Program-made: the position numbers and the translations under genes
Shown: in pieces, positions 1-13,118 of the stretch
Layout: every line of letters starts with the position of its first letter
Numbering within the stretch: position 1 is the first letter of the stretch
Source: Mobula hypostoma
Taxonomy: Eukaryota
Reading direction: 5' to 3'
Length of the DNA: 64,000 nt
Assembly: GCF_963921235.1 (NCBI RefSeq)
Contig: NC_086097.1
Location: 157,110,001-157,174,000 of the forward strand
Notes under the pieces: generated by a model
The model's input: the letters and a program-made list of their open reading frames with translations, nothing else
What the model was told of the DNA's origin: nothing
Database searches by the model: none

Positions 1-194
1 GCACACTCTCAAGGAATAATAGTATTTTATGGATCCAATTAACAACTATACATGATACTCTTGTCAATTTCAAAATGTCTCTGTCCACATGGATGTTGCT
101 TCATCAATTACGTTCTCCCAGAGGATATTGGTGGAAAAGGAAAAGGAAAAGGAAGTAGAGTTATATACTATTTTTTTAATTTGGAAGGACAACA

Positions 195-1290
195 AACGTT
201 TTCTCCTTTTCAAGAAGGACAACAGGGAAAAGCCTGGTAACTATAAGGCCTCTGAACTTCCCATCAGTGGTATGGAAAATAATGGAAAAACTTTTGTGGA
301 AATAGGTAAAGTGATCATTTGGAAAAGCAAGGATTGAGACAGATAACATGGCTTTCCCTACTGAGGTCTACTGATCCTATTTTACCAAATTAATTGAATT
401 CTCTGGAGTAACAAAGCATATTGATAAATTTGGTGCAGTAGACATGATTTACATGATCTTTGGTGAAGTCTTTAACAGGATCACATGTAGGAGACTCATT
501 CAAAAGGTGAAGACCAGTAACATCTTGGGCTAGTGGCAAATTGGACCAAAAATTAGGTTGACAATGGGAGTAGAAGATATGACATAGGGTTCTTTTTGTG
601 ACTGGCTGCCTGTGACTAGTATGTCCCATAAGGATAGTTGCTGAAAGCCTTTATATTATATGTCAGTGACTTGGATGTAGAGACAAGATCAATAAGTTGA
701 CAGGTTATACCAATATTGGAGGAGTTGCTGATGGTGTGCATGAATGTCTTCAGTGCAGAAAGTTATCAATGATATAATTAACTGGACTGAAAAAGAAGGC
801 AAATGGAGTTTAATCCAAACTTGAGATGATGTTCTCATGAGGTTAGGACATACAGTAGAGGTAGGGTCTTAGGATGTTTGGGAAGAGAGGGAGCTCAGAG
901 TACAAATCCATAGACTTTGAAAGTAGCAATCCAGATGAAAAGTCTAGTAAGGCAATCAAAATGCTGATCTTCATCAGCTGAGGCATAAATACAGAAAGAG
1001 GGAGGTTTTGCACCAATATTATAAAATCTTGGCCCAACCTCAGTTGGTGAACTGCTGGAAACATTTCCTCATATCAGAGGTAGATAAAACTAGAGGAGCA
1101 AGAGATTCAAAGGGGATAGGAAGAGAACCTTCTTCACCAGACAGGTATAAATACCTAGAATGTAATGCCTGAGAGAGTAGATTGAAGATGAGTTATTGAC
1201 AGAATTTAAGCCATTTTCTGGATGGAATGTCAGTAACTTAGACATTGGGGATTATGGCCTAAGGGCTGGGGAATGGAATTGATATGGAAG
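195..1290 (+). mobile_element. Degenerate CR1 LINE, 3' (RT) part
   Basis: ORF 89..337 contains LLFKKDNREKPGNYK (CR1 PLFKKG..PGNYRP motif); decayed RT and 3' sequence follows, with many frameshifts. Confidence 0.75.
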
Positions 1291-1569
1291 GATATCAAAT
1301 GTTTATTGTGGGTCACTCACTTTCTACCAAACTAGTTTATTCAATTGGAAGTGGTAACTCTTATCTTTCCTCCCATGAATACTGCTTGACTTACTGAATG
1401 GTTTGTGGTTACAGAGAATATTGGAGGAAATAGAATAGGGAATTGATTTATTCCCTTTTTTAATTGCTTGATTAACCTGGCCTCACCCCAACAGGCAGAT
1501 TCAATTCCCTCACTATGTCGATTGACTAGTCGAGTTGCTGTATAACTTGACACACAAAGTATCCATTCG

Positions 1570-1925
1570 TTTGGTCCAACTCACCCATGCCAAGCTGGTC
1601 CCATCTGCCCATATTTAGCCCATAGTTCTCTAAACCTTTTCTATGTATGTACATAAGTAAGATGACTTTTAAATATTACTAACATGCCAAATTAACCACC
1701 ATTTCTGGAAACTCATTCCAAATAAGCATCACACTTTGTATGAAGAATCTATCCCTGATGTCCCTTATAAATCTTTCATCTCTGATCTTATACCTATGCC
1801 TACTTTTTGTTACCATCTTCACTCTGGAAAAATTACCATATGCTTTCACCCTGTCTATACTGCTCATGATCTCATATTTGTCTATCGGGTCACCCCTCTA
1901 TCTCCTACATTCCAGGGAAAAAGGT
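1570..1925 (-). mobile_element. CR1 LINE 3' fragment
   Basis: ORF 1679..1867 RHRYKIRDERFIRDIRDRFFIQSVMLIWNEFP matches the CR1 ORF2 C-terminus (RGH..FF.QRV...WN.LP). Confidence 0.7.
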
Positions 1926-1942
1926 TATAAAGGAATAGAGTT

Positions 1943-2058
1943 TAAGAACATAAGAACATAAGAAATAGGAGCAGAAATAGGCCATCTGGCCCATCGAGCC
2001 TAATCTGCCATTCAGTAAGATCATGGATGATCTGGCCATGGACTCAACTCCACCTATA
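1943..2058 (-). mobile_element. Short CR1 3' UTR with (TTCTTATG)n tail
   Basis: aagaacataagaacataagaaataggagcag...ggccatctggccc; same subfamily tail as 9337-9601. Confidence 0.7.
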
Positions 2059-2154
2059 AGACCATAATACCATAAGATATAGGAGCAGAAGTAGGCCATT
2101 GAGCCCATCACGTCTGCTCCGCCATTCAATCATAGGCTGATCCAATTGTTCCAG

Positions 2155-5100
2155 TCATCCCCACTCCCCTAACTTCTCCCCATACCCTTTCATGCCCAGG
2201 TTAATCAAGAACCTATCTATCTCTGCCTTAAATGGACTCAATGACTTGTCCTTCACAGCCGCTTGTGGGCAACAAATTCCACAGATTTATCACCCTCTAA
2301 CTAAAGTAATTTCTCTGCATCTCTGTTCTAAATGGATGTCCTTCAATCCTGAAGTCATGCCCTCTTGTCCTAGATTCCCCTACCACGGGAAATAACCTTG
2401 CCATATCTAATCTGTTCAGACCTTTTAACATTCGGAATGTTTCTATGAGATCCCCCCTCATTCTCCTGAACTCCAGGGAATACAGCCTAAGAACTGCCAG
2501 ACATTCCTCATATGGTAACCCTTTCACTCCTGGAATCATTCTCATGAATCTTCCCTGAACCCTCTAAAATGTCGGTATATCCTTTCTAAAATAAGCAGCC
2601 CAAAACTGCACACAATACTCCAAGTGTGGTCTCACGAGTGCCTTATACAGCCTCAACATTATAGCCTTGCTCTTATATTCTATACCTCTGGAAATGAATG
2701 CCAACATTGTATTCGCCTTCTTCACCACTGACTCAAACTGGAAGATAACCTTTAGGGTATCCTGCACAAGGACTCCCAAGTACCTTTGCATCTCTGCATT
2801 TTGAATTCTCTCCCCATCTAAATAAGAGTCTGCAAGTATATTTCTTCCACCAAAGTGCATGACCATACACTTTCCAACATTGTATTTCATTTGCAACTTC
2901 TTTGCCCATTCCCCTAAGCTCTCTAAGTCTCTCTGCAGGCTGTCTGTTTCCTCAACACTACCCGCTGCTCCATCTATTTTTGTATCATTGACAAATTTAG
3001 CCATAAACCTATTAATCCCATAGTCCAAGTCATTGATATACATCGTAAAAAGCAGTGGTCCTGCCACCTACCCCTGTGGAACTCCAGTAGAGCCAGCCAG
3101 AATAGGATCTCTTTATTCCCACTCTCTGTTTTCTGCAGATTAGCCAGTGCTCCAGCCATGCTAGTAACCTCCCTGTAATTCCATGGATTCTTATCTTGCT
3201 AAGCAGCCTCATGTGCAGCACCTTGTCAAAGGCCTTCTGAAGATCCAAGTACACCACATCTACTGCATCTCTTTTGTCTACCCTGCTTGTAATTTCCTCA
3301 AAAAAATTTCAGTATAGACAATAGATGCAGGAGTAGGCCATTCAGCCCTTCAAGCCAGCACCACCATTCACTTTGATCGTGGCTGATCATCGACAATCAG
3401 TACCCTTTTCCTGCCTTCTCCCCATATCCCTTCACTCCGCTATCTTTAAGAGCTCTATCTAACTCTTTCTTGAAAGAATCCAGAGAATTGGCCTCCACTG
3501 CCTTCTGAGGCACAGCATTCCACAGAACCACAACCCTCTGTGTGAAAAAGCTTTTCCTCAACTCCGTTCTAAATTGTCTACCCCTTATTCTTAAACTGTG
3601 GCCTCTGGTTCTGGACTCCCCCAACATCGGGAACATGTTTCCTGCCTCTAGTGTGTCCAAATCCTTAATAATCTTATATATTTCAATCAGATCCCCTCTC
3701 ATCCTTCTAAATTCCAGTGTATACAACCCCAGTCGCTCCAATCTTTCAACAGATGACAGTCCTGCCATCCCGGGAATTAACCTGGTGAACCTATGCTGCA
3801 CTTCCTCAATAGCTAGAATGTCCTTCCTCAAATTTGGAGACCAAATCTGTACACAATAGTTTTGTATATAGTTCTGTCAGGCAGGATTTTCCTTTCAGGA
3901 AACCATACTGGCTTTGGCCTATCTTGTCATGTGCCTCCAGGTACTCCGTAATCTCATCCCTGACAATCGATTCCAACAACTTCCCAACCACTGATGTCAG
4001 GCTAACAGGTCTATAGTTTCATTTCTGCTGCCTCCCACCCTTCTTAAATAGCAGAGCAACATTTGCAGTTTTCCAGTCATCCAGTACAATGCCAGAATCT
4101 ATCGATTCTTGAAAGATCATTGTTAATGCCTCCGCAATCTCTCCAGCTACTTCCTTCAGAACTCAAGGGTGCATTCCATCAGGTCCAGGAGATTTATCGA
4201 CCCTTAGACCATTAAGTTTCCTGAACACCTTCTTAGTCATAATTTTCACTGCACGTATTTCACTTCCCTGGCACTCTTGAATGTCCCGTATACTGCAAAT
4301 GTCTAACACTGTGAAAACTGATGCAAAATATGCATTGAGTTCCTTTGCCATCTCTGCATCTCTCATTATAATATCTCCATCATCATTTTCTATTGATTTT
4401 ATATCTGCCTTCAACTCTCTTTTACCCTTTATATACTTAAAAAAGCTTTTAGTATCTTCTTTGATATTAGTCGCCAGCTTCATTTCATAAATCATCTTTT
4501 CCTTGCTAATGACCTTCTTAGTTTCCTGTTGCACATTTTTAAAAGCTTCCCAATCCTTTGTCTTCCCACTATCGTTGGCTTCCTTGTATGCCCTCTCTTT
4601 TGCTTTTACTTTGGCTCTGACTTCACTTATTAGCCATGGTAGTGTCCTTCTTCCATTTGAAAATTTCTTCTTACTTGGAATATACCTGTCTTGCACTTCC
4701 CTCATTTTTCACAGAAACTCCAGCCATTGCTGCTCTTCTGTCCTTCCTGCTAGTGTCCCTTTCCAGTCAACTTTGGCCAGTTCCCCTCTCATGCCATTGT
4801 AACTTCCTTTATTCCACTGAAATACCGACACATTGGATTTAGTTTCTCCTCAAATTTCAAAGTGAAACTCATCACATTGTGATCACTGTTTCCAAAGGAT
4901 TCCTTCACCTTAAGCTCTCTTATCACCTCTGGGTCATTGCACAACACCCAATCCAGCACAACCGATCCCCTAGTGGGCTCAACAACAAGCTATTCTAAAA
5001 AGCCATCCCTTAGACATTCTACAAATTCTCTCCCTTGAGGTCCAGTACTGGCCTGGTTTCCCAATCCACTTTCATGTTAAAATCTCCAACGACTATCATG

Positions 5101-5702
5101 ACATTGCCCTTCTGATACGCCTTTTCCGTCTCCTGCTGAAATTTGTAATACATATCCTGGTTGCTGTTTGGAGGCCTGTATACAACTGTCATTAGGGTCT
5201 TTTTACCCTTACCATTTCTTAAGTCAACCCATACAGACTCTACACCTTCCAATCCTATGTCATCTCTTTCCAATGATTTAATATTATTTCTTATACACAG
5301 ATTCACACCATCCCCTCTGCCTACCAACCTAACTTTCCGATGTACGGTTTTTCCTTGGACATTCAACTCCCAGTGGCAACTATCCTTTAGCCAAGTTTCA
5401 GAGATGGCCACAATGTCATCCTCGCCAATCTGTAGCTGAATTTCAAGATCGTCCATTTTGTTTCTCATGCTGCATACGTTCAAATTTAACATTTTCAGTC
5501 CAGTATTTGTTGTTTTCTGTTTTAACTGCACCACACCTCTGTTGCCCTGTAAATCAGCCCACTGGCTGTGATTAAGCCTCATCTCCTGCCTATCCTTCTC
5601 TGTTGCACCATCTCTGTTGCACGCTATCTTTGATTTATTTCTGTGTTCCCTTTCCTCAGCCATATCATTCCGGTTCCCATCCCCCTGCCAAATTAGTTTA
5701 AA
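2155..5702 (-). pseudogene. CR1 ORF2 (APE endonuclease + reverse transcriptase), disrupted
   Basis: 5019..5663 LNLNVCSMRNK..DIVAISETWL..VVYRPPN..GDFN (APE); 4163..4705 KSPGPDGMHP; 3030..3257 VYLDLQKAFDKV; 2564..3067 GPLLF..YINDL..KFVNDTK. Confidence 0.88.
3315..3870 (-). mobile_element. 5'-truncated CR1 nested inside the RT of the 2061-8400 CR1
   Basis: Own tail at ~3315 and ORF 3397..3831 (ORF2 C-terminus); host RT resumes at ~3871 (KGKSCLT). Confidence 0.85.
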
Positions 5703-6478
5703 CCCTCCTTAACAGCTTTATTAAACCTGGCTGTTAGGATACTGGACCTCTTTGGGTTCAGATCTAACTCATCCTTTTCATACAGGTCGTACCTCTCCCA
5801 GAAGAGGCCCCACTGATCCAGGAACTCAAAGCCCTGCCCCCTACACCGGCCTCTCAGACAGGCATTAATATGCCTGATCATACTATTCTTGTGCTTGTTA
5901 GCACGTGGCACAGGCAGCAGTCCTAAGATTACTACCCTGGAGGTCCTGCTTTTCAGCTTCCTACCCAACTCCCTGAATTACTCTTCAGGACCTCCTCCCT
6001 TTTTCTACCTATGTCATTGGTACCAACATGTACCAAGAGTTCTGGATGTTCACCCCCTCCTTTCAGAATACTCTGCACCGGATCTGCGATATTCCAGACC
6101 CTGGCACCTGGGAGGCAACACACCATGCGGGTATCTCTATCAGGCTGACAGAACCTCATGTTTGTTTCCCTCACTATGGAATCCCCTATGACTACCGCAT
6201 TCCTCATCTTCTTCTCTCCCTTTTGCACCACAGAACCAGGCTCAGACCTAATTGCTGTGGTCATCGTCTGTCAAGTCACCCCCCTCAACAGCATCCAAAA
6301 TGAGATAATAATTACTGAGGGGTTTGGTCACTCTCTGAGCTCTTCCCTTCCCTTCCCTAACAGCCACTCACTTATCTAACTCCTGCAGCCTCGGGGTGAC
6401 TAACTCCCTGTAGCTCCTATCTATCTCCTGCTCACTTTCTCTGATAAGCCGTACGTCATCAAGCTCCAACTCCAGATC

Positions 6479-8071
6479 TCACAGAATTAGTCCTAACTCT
6501 TAATAATTTCTCCTTAGGCTCCTCCCACTTCCTCCAAACTAAAGGTGTAGCTATGGGCACCCGCATGGTTCCTAGCTATGCCTGTCTTTTTGTTGGCTTT
6601 CTGGAACAATCTATGTTCCAAATCTATTCTGGTATCTGTCCCTCACTTTTCCTTCACAACATCGACGACTGCATTGGCGCTGCTTCTTGCATTCATGCTG
6701 AGCTCATTGACTTCATTAACTTTACCTCCAACTTTTACCCTGCCCTCAAGTCTACCTGGTCCATTTCTGACACCTCCCTCCCCTTTCTAGATCTTTCTGT
6801 CTCTATCTCTGGAGACAGCTTATCTACTGATGTCTACTATAAGCCTACTGACTCTCACAGCTATCTGGACTATTCCTCTTCTCACCCTGTCTCCTGCTAA
6901 AATGCCATCCCCTTCTCGCAATTCCTCCATCTCTGCTGCATCTGCTGTCAGGATGAGGCTTTTCATTCCAGGACGAGGGAGATGTCCTTTTTTAAAGAAA
7001 GGGGCTTCCCTTCCTCCACCATCAACTCTGCTCTCAAATGCATCTCCCCCATTTCATGCACGTCTGCTCTCACTCCATCCTCCCGCCATCCCTCTAGGAA
7101 TAGGGTTCCCCTGGTCCTCACCTACCACCCCACCAGCGTCCAGGTCCAACATATTATTCTCCGTAACTTCCGCCACCTCCAACGGGATCCCACCACTAAG
7201 CATATCTTTCCCTCACACCCTCTCTCTGCTCCCTACGCGACTCCCTTGTCCATTCATCCCCACAATCACTCCCCACTGATCTCCTTTCTGGCACTTATCC
7301 TTGTAAGCGGAACAAGTGATACACATGCCCTTACACTTCCTCCCTTACCACCATTCAGGGCCAAAGACAGTCCTTCCAGGTGAGGCGACACTTCACCTGT
7401 GAGTCGGCTGGGGTGATATGTGGCCTTCTATATGTTGGCGAGACCCGACGCAGACTAGGAGATCATTTTGCTGAACACCTACGCTCTGTCCGCCAGAGAA
7501 TGCAGGATCTCCCAGTGGCCAGACATTTTAATTCCACATCCCATTCCCATTCTGATATGTCTATCCATGGTCTCCTCTACTGTGAAGATGAAACCACACG
7601 CAGGTTGGAGGAACAACACCTTATATTCCGTCTGGGTAGCCTCCAACCTGATGGAATGAACATTGACTTCTCAAACTTCCGCTCATGCCCCACCTCCCCC
7701 TCGTACCCCATCCGTTATTTATTTATATACACACATTCTTTCTCTCTCTCTCCTTTTTCTCCCTCTGTCCCTCTGACTATACCCCTTGCCCATCCTCTGG
7801 GTTTTTTTCCCCCTCCCCCTTTTCCTTCTCCCTGGGCCTCCTGTCCCATGGTCCTCTCATATCCCTTTTGCCAATCAACTGTCCAGCTCTTGGCTCCATT
7901 CCTCCCCCTCCTGTCTTCTCCTATCATTTTGGATCTCCCCCTCCCCCTCCCACTTTCTAATCTCTTACTTGCTCTTCCTTCGGTTAGTCCTAACGAAGGG
8001 TCTCGGCCCGAAACGTCAAATGTATCTCTTCCTAGAGATGCTGCCTGGCCTCAGCAACTTTGATGTCTGTT
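6479..8071 (+). mobile_element. Penelope-like retroelement (RT C-terminal half + GIY-YIG endonuclease + pLTR), 5'-truncated
   Basis: MGTRMVPSYACLFVG..IDDCIG..LPFLD..YYKPTD (PLE RT); LYVGETRRRLGDHFAEH..RRLEEQHLIFRLG..PDGMN (GIY-YIG); TSD TCCAGATC at 6471-6478 and 8072-8079. Confidence 0.92.
7986..8021 (+). ncRNA. Minimal hammerhead ribozyme motif in PLE pLTR (core mutated)
   Basis: agtc CTAACGA agggtctcggccc GAAAC GTC; the CUGANGA core carries a G-to-A change. Confidence 0.7.
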
Positions 8072-8439
8072 TCCAGATCCCCAACACAGTCTCTCAGGCG
8101 CAGAATCTCGGTGCACCTGGTGCAGATGTGACCATCTGGGAGACTGGAAGATTCCCAGGATTCCCACATCTGACACCCAGAGCAAAGTACTAACCCTACA
8201 GACATGCTCTCTATTCCTCAAAAAATGCAAGGGAAAACGAAGTCCCCTTACCTACTTACCTCGCCGAAGCCGGAATGAGCCGATGCCCTACCACTCTGAC
8301 TCAGACCACTCTGTCGATGACCGCTCCACTAAGTAGTGTCTCTCTTTTATGCCTGAACCTCCCTCCTCTCCAACACACAGTCAGTGCTCCGGTTATAACC
8401 GAGTTCCCGCAAAGCTTTCCTCTGTAACCCATACTCTCC

Positions 8440-8605
8440 CATGTGTCCATTAACTCTCCCATCTGATTATCCTGTCACCCACCTACATTAGGGGCAATTT
8501 ACAATGGCCGATTAACCTACCAGTGCATCACTGGTGGAAAGAAAATGGAATACGCAGAGGAAGCCACTGTAATTACAGGGAGCAAATACAAACTCCACAC
8601 ATAGT
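8440..8605 (-). mobile_element. V-SINE (HE1-like) remnant
   Basis: ggggcaatttacaatggccgattaacctacc...gaggaagccac...acaaactccacaca resembles the reverse of a V-SINE core. Confidence 0.55.
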
Positions 8606-9336
8606 TTGAGGCCATATGACCTGAACAATGTGCCTTCAAGATGCAGTAAGCTTTTGTGTTGGGATTCTGCTCACAGGCAGCCTGAGATTTGATGCAGAGT
8701 TGTCATGTTTAGTTGTTAATCTCACCTCTCCTTCTGAAATATTAAATCAGGAATTTCTAATAGGAATGTGGCTAAATGGGTTGTGAGGCTAATTATTCTT
8801 CTGGCTCGAACTTGCTCTAAATTATCCACTACATGAATCAATTGTTCTTTTTTGAGTCTCTGCACATTATGTCGACTTAACAAAAAAAATCTTTGTAGAA
8901 GAAATGGATTACTTCATCCATTAATTCTTTTTTAAGACTGCTGAATTCTTGTTACCAGACTGAAAATATGTCATTTCAACATCATGTTTGAGTTTAACTG
9001 ATTCCCTCAAGACTTTTAGATGTGAATAATTTTTATCCCTTTTTTGCTGACATCACATATGTCATAGTTTCCAAACATAACATGTTCAGATACCCTCACT
9101 ATTGGGATTCTTCATGTATGGAACAAAACAATAAATGTTAACGGGATTTCAGTCATAGCCATACATAATAAACAAGCCAAATTCCACTCTGACAGAATTG
9201 CCACCAGTTTCAAACATAACTCGGTACAATTAGGTGCAAGTTGTACAAATTTGGTGGTATAAAGTGCAGTGAAGAAGGTTGTCTAAGGTTACATCAGTAT
9301 AAAGATCAACTGTGAATGTGTTCAAGGGTATGGGGC

Positions 9337-9601
9337 ATAAGAACATGAGAAATAGGAGCAGGAGTAGGCCATCAGGACCCTTGATCCTACTCCACCATTC
9401 AATAAGATCATGACTGACCTGGCCATAGACTAATCTCCACCTACCTGCCTTTTCCCCATAAGCTTTAATTCCCCTTCTATGCAAAAATCTATCCAACCTT
9501 GTCTTAAGTACATTTACTAAGGTAGCCTTCACTGCTTTATTGGGCAGAGAATACCACAGATTTACCACTCTCTGGGAAAATCAGTCCCTCCTCATCTCCA
9601 T
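9337..9601 (-). mobile_element. 5'-truncated CR1 3' end
   Basis: ORF 9230..9568 VNLWYSLP..GIKAYGEKAG; tail cataagaacatgagaa. Confidence 0.8.
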
Positions 9602-10194
9602 TGGAAGATGGACTTTAACTCTGACAAGTGTGAAGTGATGCAGCTTGGGAAGTTAAACCCGGGCAAAACAAACACCGTGGCAGGACCTGTGGGATGTTGT
9701 AGAAAGGTGAGACCTTGGGATACAGGAACATAATTTCCTTAAAGTGATAACACATGCAAGCAGGTGGTGAGAAAGGCTTATGGCATCCTTTCCTGTGCTG
9801 AGCTTAGGAGTATAAGTGTTGGAACATCATGATGCAGAGGTATAAACATTAGTTAGGCTGCAATTGGAGTATTGTGTGGCGTTCTGGTTACCACACTAAA
9901 GGAAATAGGTGATCTAGCTAGAGACAATGCAGACATGATTTACAGGGATGTTCCCCGGAACTGGAGAAGTTGACTGATAAGATTAGACTGAGAAGGTTCG
10001 GTCTGTTTTCTCTGGAGGGAAGGAAGCCGTGAAGTGACAGGACAGATGGGTTTAAGTTTTGAGAGGCATAATCAGGTATATAGCCAGTATCTGTTTCCTA
10101 TTGTAAGAATATCTAATGTGCTGGAGTTTAGGTTTAGGGTGAGAGGGTGGAGGTTTAAAGAGAAATTGAGGAGAAAATTTTTCACACAAAGTAT

Positions 10195-13118
10195 AGTCAT
10201 CGAGACATAGGAAACTACAGTTGAGAAACAGGCCCTTTGGCTCATCTAGCCCATGTCAAACCATTTAATCTGCTTAGTCCCATCAACCTGCACTCACACC
10301 ATAGTGCTCCATACCCCTCCCAACCACTTACCTATCCAAACTTCTCTTAAGTGTTGAAATCTCAATTCTACCTATCTCTTGAGCTGGTAGCTCGTTCCAC
10401 ACTTTCACCACCCTCTGAGTGAAGAAGCTTCCTCTCATGGTCCCCTTAAACATTTCACCTTTCACTCTTAACCCATGGCCTCTAGTTGTAGTCTCACCCA
10501 ACCTCAGTGGAAATGCCTGCTTGAATTTACCATCTTTATACTCATAATTATCTATACCTCTATCAAAACTGCCCTCAATATTCTAAGCACTAGGGAATAA
10601 GGTTCTAACCTATTTAATCTTTCCTTATAACTCAATCCTCCAGTTTTGGCAACATCATTGTAAATTTTCTCTGTACTCTTTCAATCTTATTTACACCTTT
10701 CCTGTAGGAAGGTGACTAAAACTGCACACAATACTCTAAATTAGGCCTCACAAACATCTTATAGAACCTCAGCATAACATCCAACTCCTTTACTCAAAAC
10801 TTTGATCTAAGAAGGCCAATGTGTCAATAGCTTTCCTTACTTTCATAGAGTCATAGAAGCATAGAAAAGTACAGAACAGAAACAGACCTTTTGGTCCATC
10901 TAGTCCATACTGAACTTTCTACTCTTGTCAAACTGCACTGAGACCATAACGTTCCATTAATGAGACCTACCTACATGTATCTAGGTACATACATGTACCT
11001 TTGCAAAATTTTCTTAAACATTGAAATCGAGCATGTATGCACCACCTGTGCTGGAGAGCTCTCACAACCATCTGAGTGAAGAAGGTTCAGTGAATTATGT
11101 ACCTGTACTCCCACATCTTTTTTGTTCTACCACATTCCTCAATGCCCTACCACTCACTGTGTAAGACCTAACCTGGTTGATCCTCACAAAGTGCAAAACC
11201 ACGCACTTGTTTGTATTAATTTCCTTCTACCATTGTTCAGCCCATTTTTCCAGCTGTTGCATATCCCTCTGCAAGCTTTGATAGTCTTCCTGTCCACTAC
11301 ACCCTCAAATTTGCAAATTTGCTGGTCCAATTGACCATATTATCATCCAGATCATTGATATAGATAACAAAAATCAAAGGACTCAGCTCTGATTCCTGCA
11401 ACATTCCATTAGTCACAGGCCTCTAGTCAGAGAGGCAACCATTGACTACCACCCTCTGGCTTCTCCCACAAAACCAATGTCTAATTCAATTTACTACCTC
11501 ATCTTGAATGCCGAACACTTGAACCTTCTTGACTAATCTCACATGCGGAACCTTGTCAAATGCCTTGCTGAAGTCCATGTAGACAACATCCACCACTTTT
11601 TCTTCATCAACTTTCCTGGCAACTTCTCCAAAAGACGCTATAAGATTGCTTGGAGATGATAAGCCATGTCCAGAGAATGCTGACTATCCTTTACTCGTCC
11701 CTGTATATCCAAAAATATTCATATATCTAGTCCCTTAGAATACCTTTCAATTATTTTCCCACTACTTTCCTCTACTGATGTCAGGCTCACCAACCTATAA
11801 CTTCCTGGTTTATTTTTAGAGGCTTTCTTAAACAGCAGAACAATGTTAGCTATTATCCAATCCTCCGGTACCTTACCTGTCACTAAAGATGATTAAAATA
11901 TCTCTGCTAGGGCTCTGGCAATTTATGCACTTGCCTCTCGCAGGGTCCGAGAAAACACATTGTTGGGTCCTGGAAGTTTGTTCACCCTAATTTTCCTCAA
12001 GACAACAAGCACCTCCTCCTCTTTAATCTGTATAGGGTTCATGATCTCATTGCTGCTTTGTCTCACTTCTATAGACTCTGTTTCCATCTCCCAAGTAAAT
12101 ACAGATGCAAAAATCAATTTAAGAACTCCCACATCTCTTTTGGCTCCACACATACCCCTTGCAATCTTCTTGCTCTTAACATATCTGTAGAAACCCTTAG
12201 TATTTTCCTTCACCTTGTCTGCTAGAGCAACCTAATGTCTTCTTTTAGTCCTGATGATTTCTATCTTAAGTGTTCTCTTGCATTTCTGATACTCTTCAAG
12301 TACTTCATTTGTTTCTACCTGCCTATACCTGCCTGGCACCTCCTTTTTTTCTTAACCAAGGCCTCATTATATCTCAAAAAAATGTTGCCTAAACCTGTTA
12401 ACATTGCCCTTTATTCTGATCAGCGCATACAAAATATTTCACTTTTGAAGGTCTGCCACTTGCCAAGTATGCCTTTGCCAGAAAACAGCCTGTCCCAATC
12501 TATACTTGCTAAATCCTTTCTGATACCATTAAAACTGGCTTTCTCCAATTTAGAATCTCAACCCAAAGACCAGACATATCCTTTTCCATAATTACCTTGA
12601 AACTAATGGTATTATGTTCACTAGATGAAAAGTGTTCACCTACACAAACTTCTGTCACCTGCCTTGTCTCATTCCCTAACAGGAGATGAAGTATTGTACA
12701 CTCTCTTATTAGGACTTCTATGTACTGATGAAGAAAACTTTCCTGAACACATTTGACAATCTCTATCTACTTAATCCTTTTCGAGTATAGGAATCCCAGT
12801 CAATATGTGGAAATTAAAATCACCTAGTATCATAACATTATGTTTCTTGCACATTCTGCGATCTCTCTATAAATTTGTTCCTCTAAGTCCCACAGGTGGT
12901 CTATAATATAGCCTATTAACCTGGTCATATCTTTCTTCTTCCTCAGTTCCACCAATAATGCCTCAGTAGACAAATTCTCCAGCCTGTCCTGACTGAGCAC
13001 TGCCATGACATTTTCCCTGACCAGTATCATAAGCTCTGCTCCTTTAATCGCTCCCACTCTATCATGCCTAAGACAACAGATCCTTGGAATTCTGAGGTAT
13101 GAGTCCTGCTCGACCTGC
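10195..13118 (-). mobile_element. CR1 LINE (APE-RT-3' UTR, decayed) with a further CR1 3' end nested at ~10843-11090
   Basis: ORFs 11923..12213 (KENTKGFYRYV..FASVFT..PGP) and 12830..13120 (APE); two separate tails at ~10200 and ~10845. Confidence 0.8.

Larger units (their letters stand above)
5693..8205 (-). pseudogene. CR1 ORF1 (CxxC..CxxC zinc finger/leucine zipper + SGNH esterase), split by a PLE at 6479-8071
   Basis: ATG at 8205 gives MSVGLVLCSGCQMWE..HICTRC..LRDCVGDLE; resumes at ~6478 with DLELELDDVRLIRE; 5953..6264 VVIGDSIVR..CCLPGARV..VHVGTND; ends GLN* at 5693. Confidence 0.85.
2061..8400 (-). mobile_element. Near full-length CR1 LINE (5' UTR, ORF1, ORF2, 3' tail), interrupted by a CR1 fragment and a Penelope-like element
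   Basis: Colinear ORF1 (zinc finger, esterase), APE endonuclease, RT and 3' tail; 5' boundary approximate. Confidence 0.9.

Noticed and set aside
5680..5700. CTAAT..CAG|G at the CR1 ORF1/ORF2 junction as a splice acceptor
   Set aside because: Putative branch point under 10 nt from the AG and no pyrimidine tract; the frameshift reading fits better
7685..8193. Pro/Ser/Leu-rich ORFs and the long tail of ORF 7380..8063
   Set aside because: Read-through into the low-complexity pyrimidine-rich PLE UTR after loss of the stop codon
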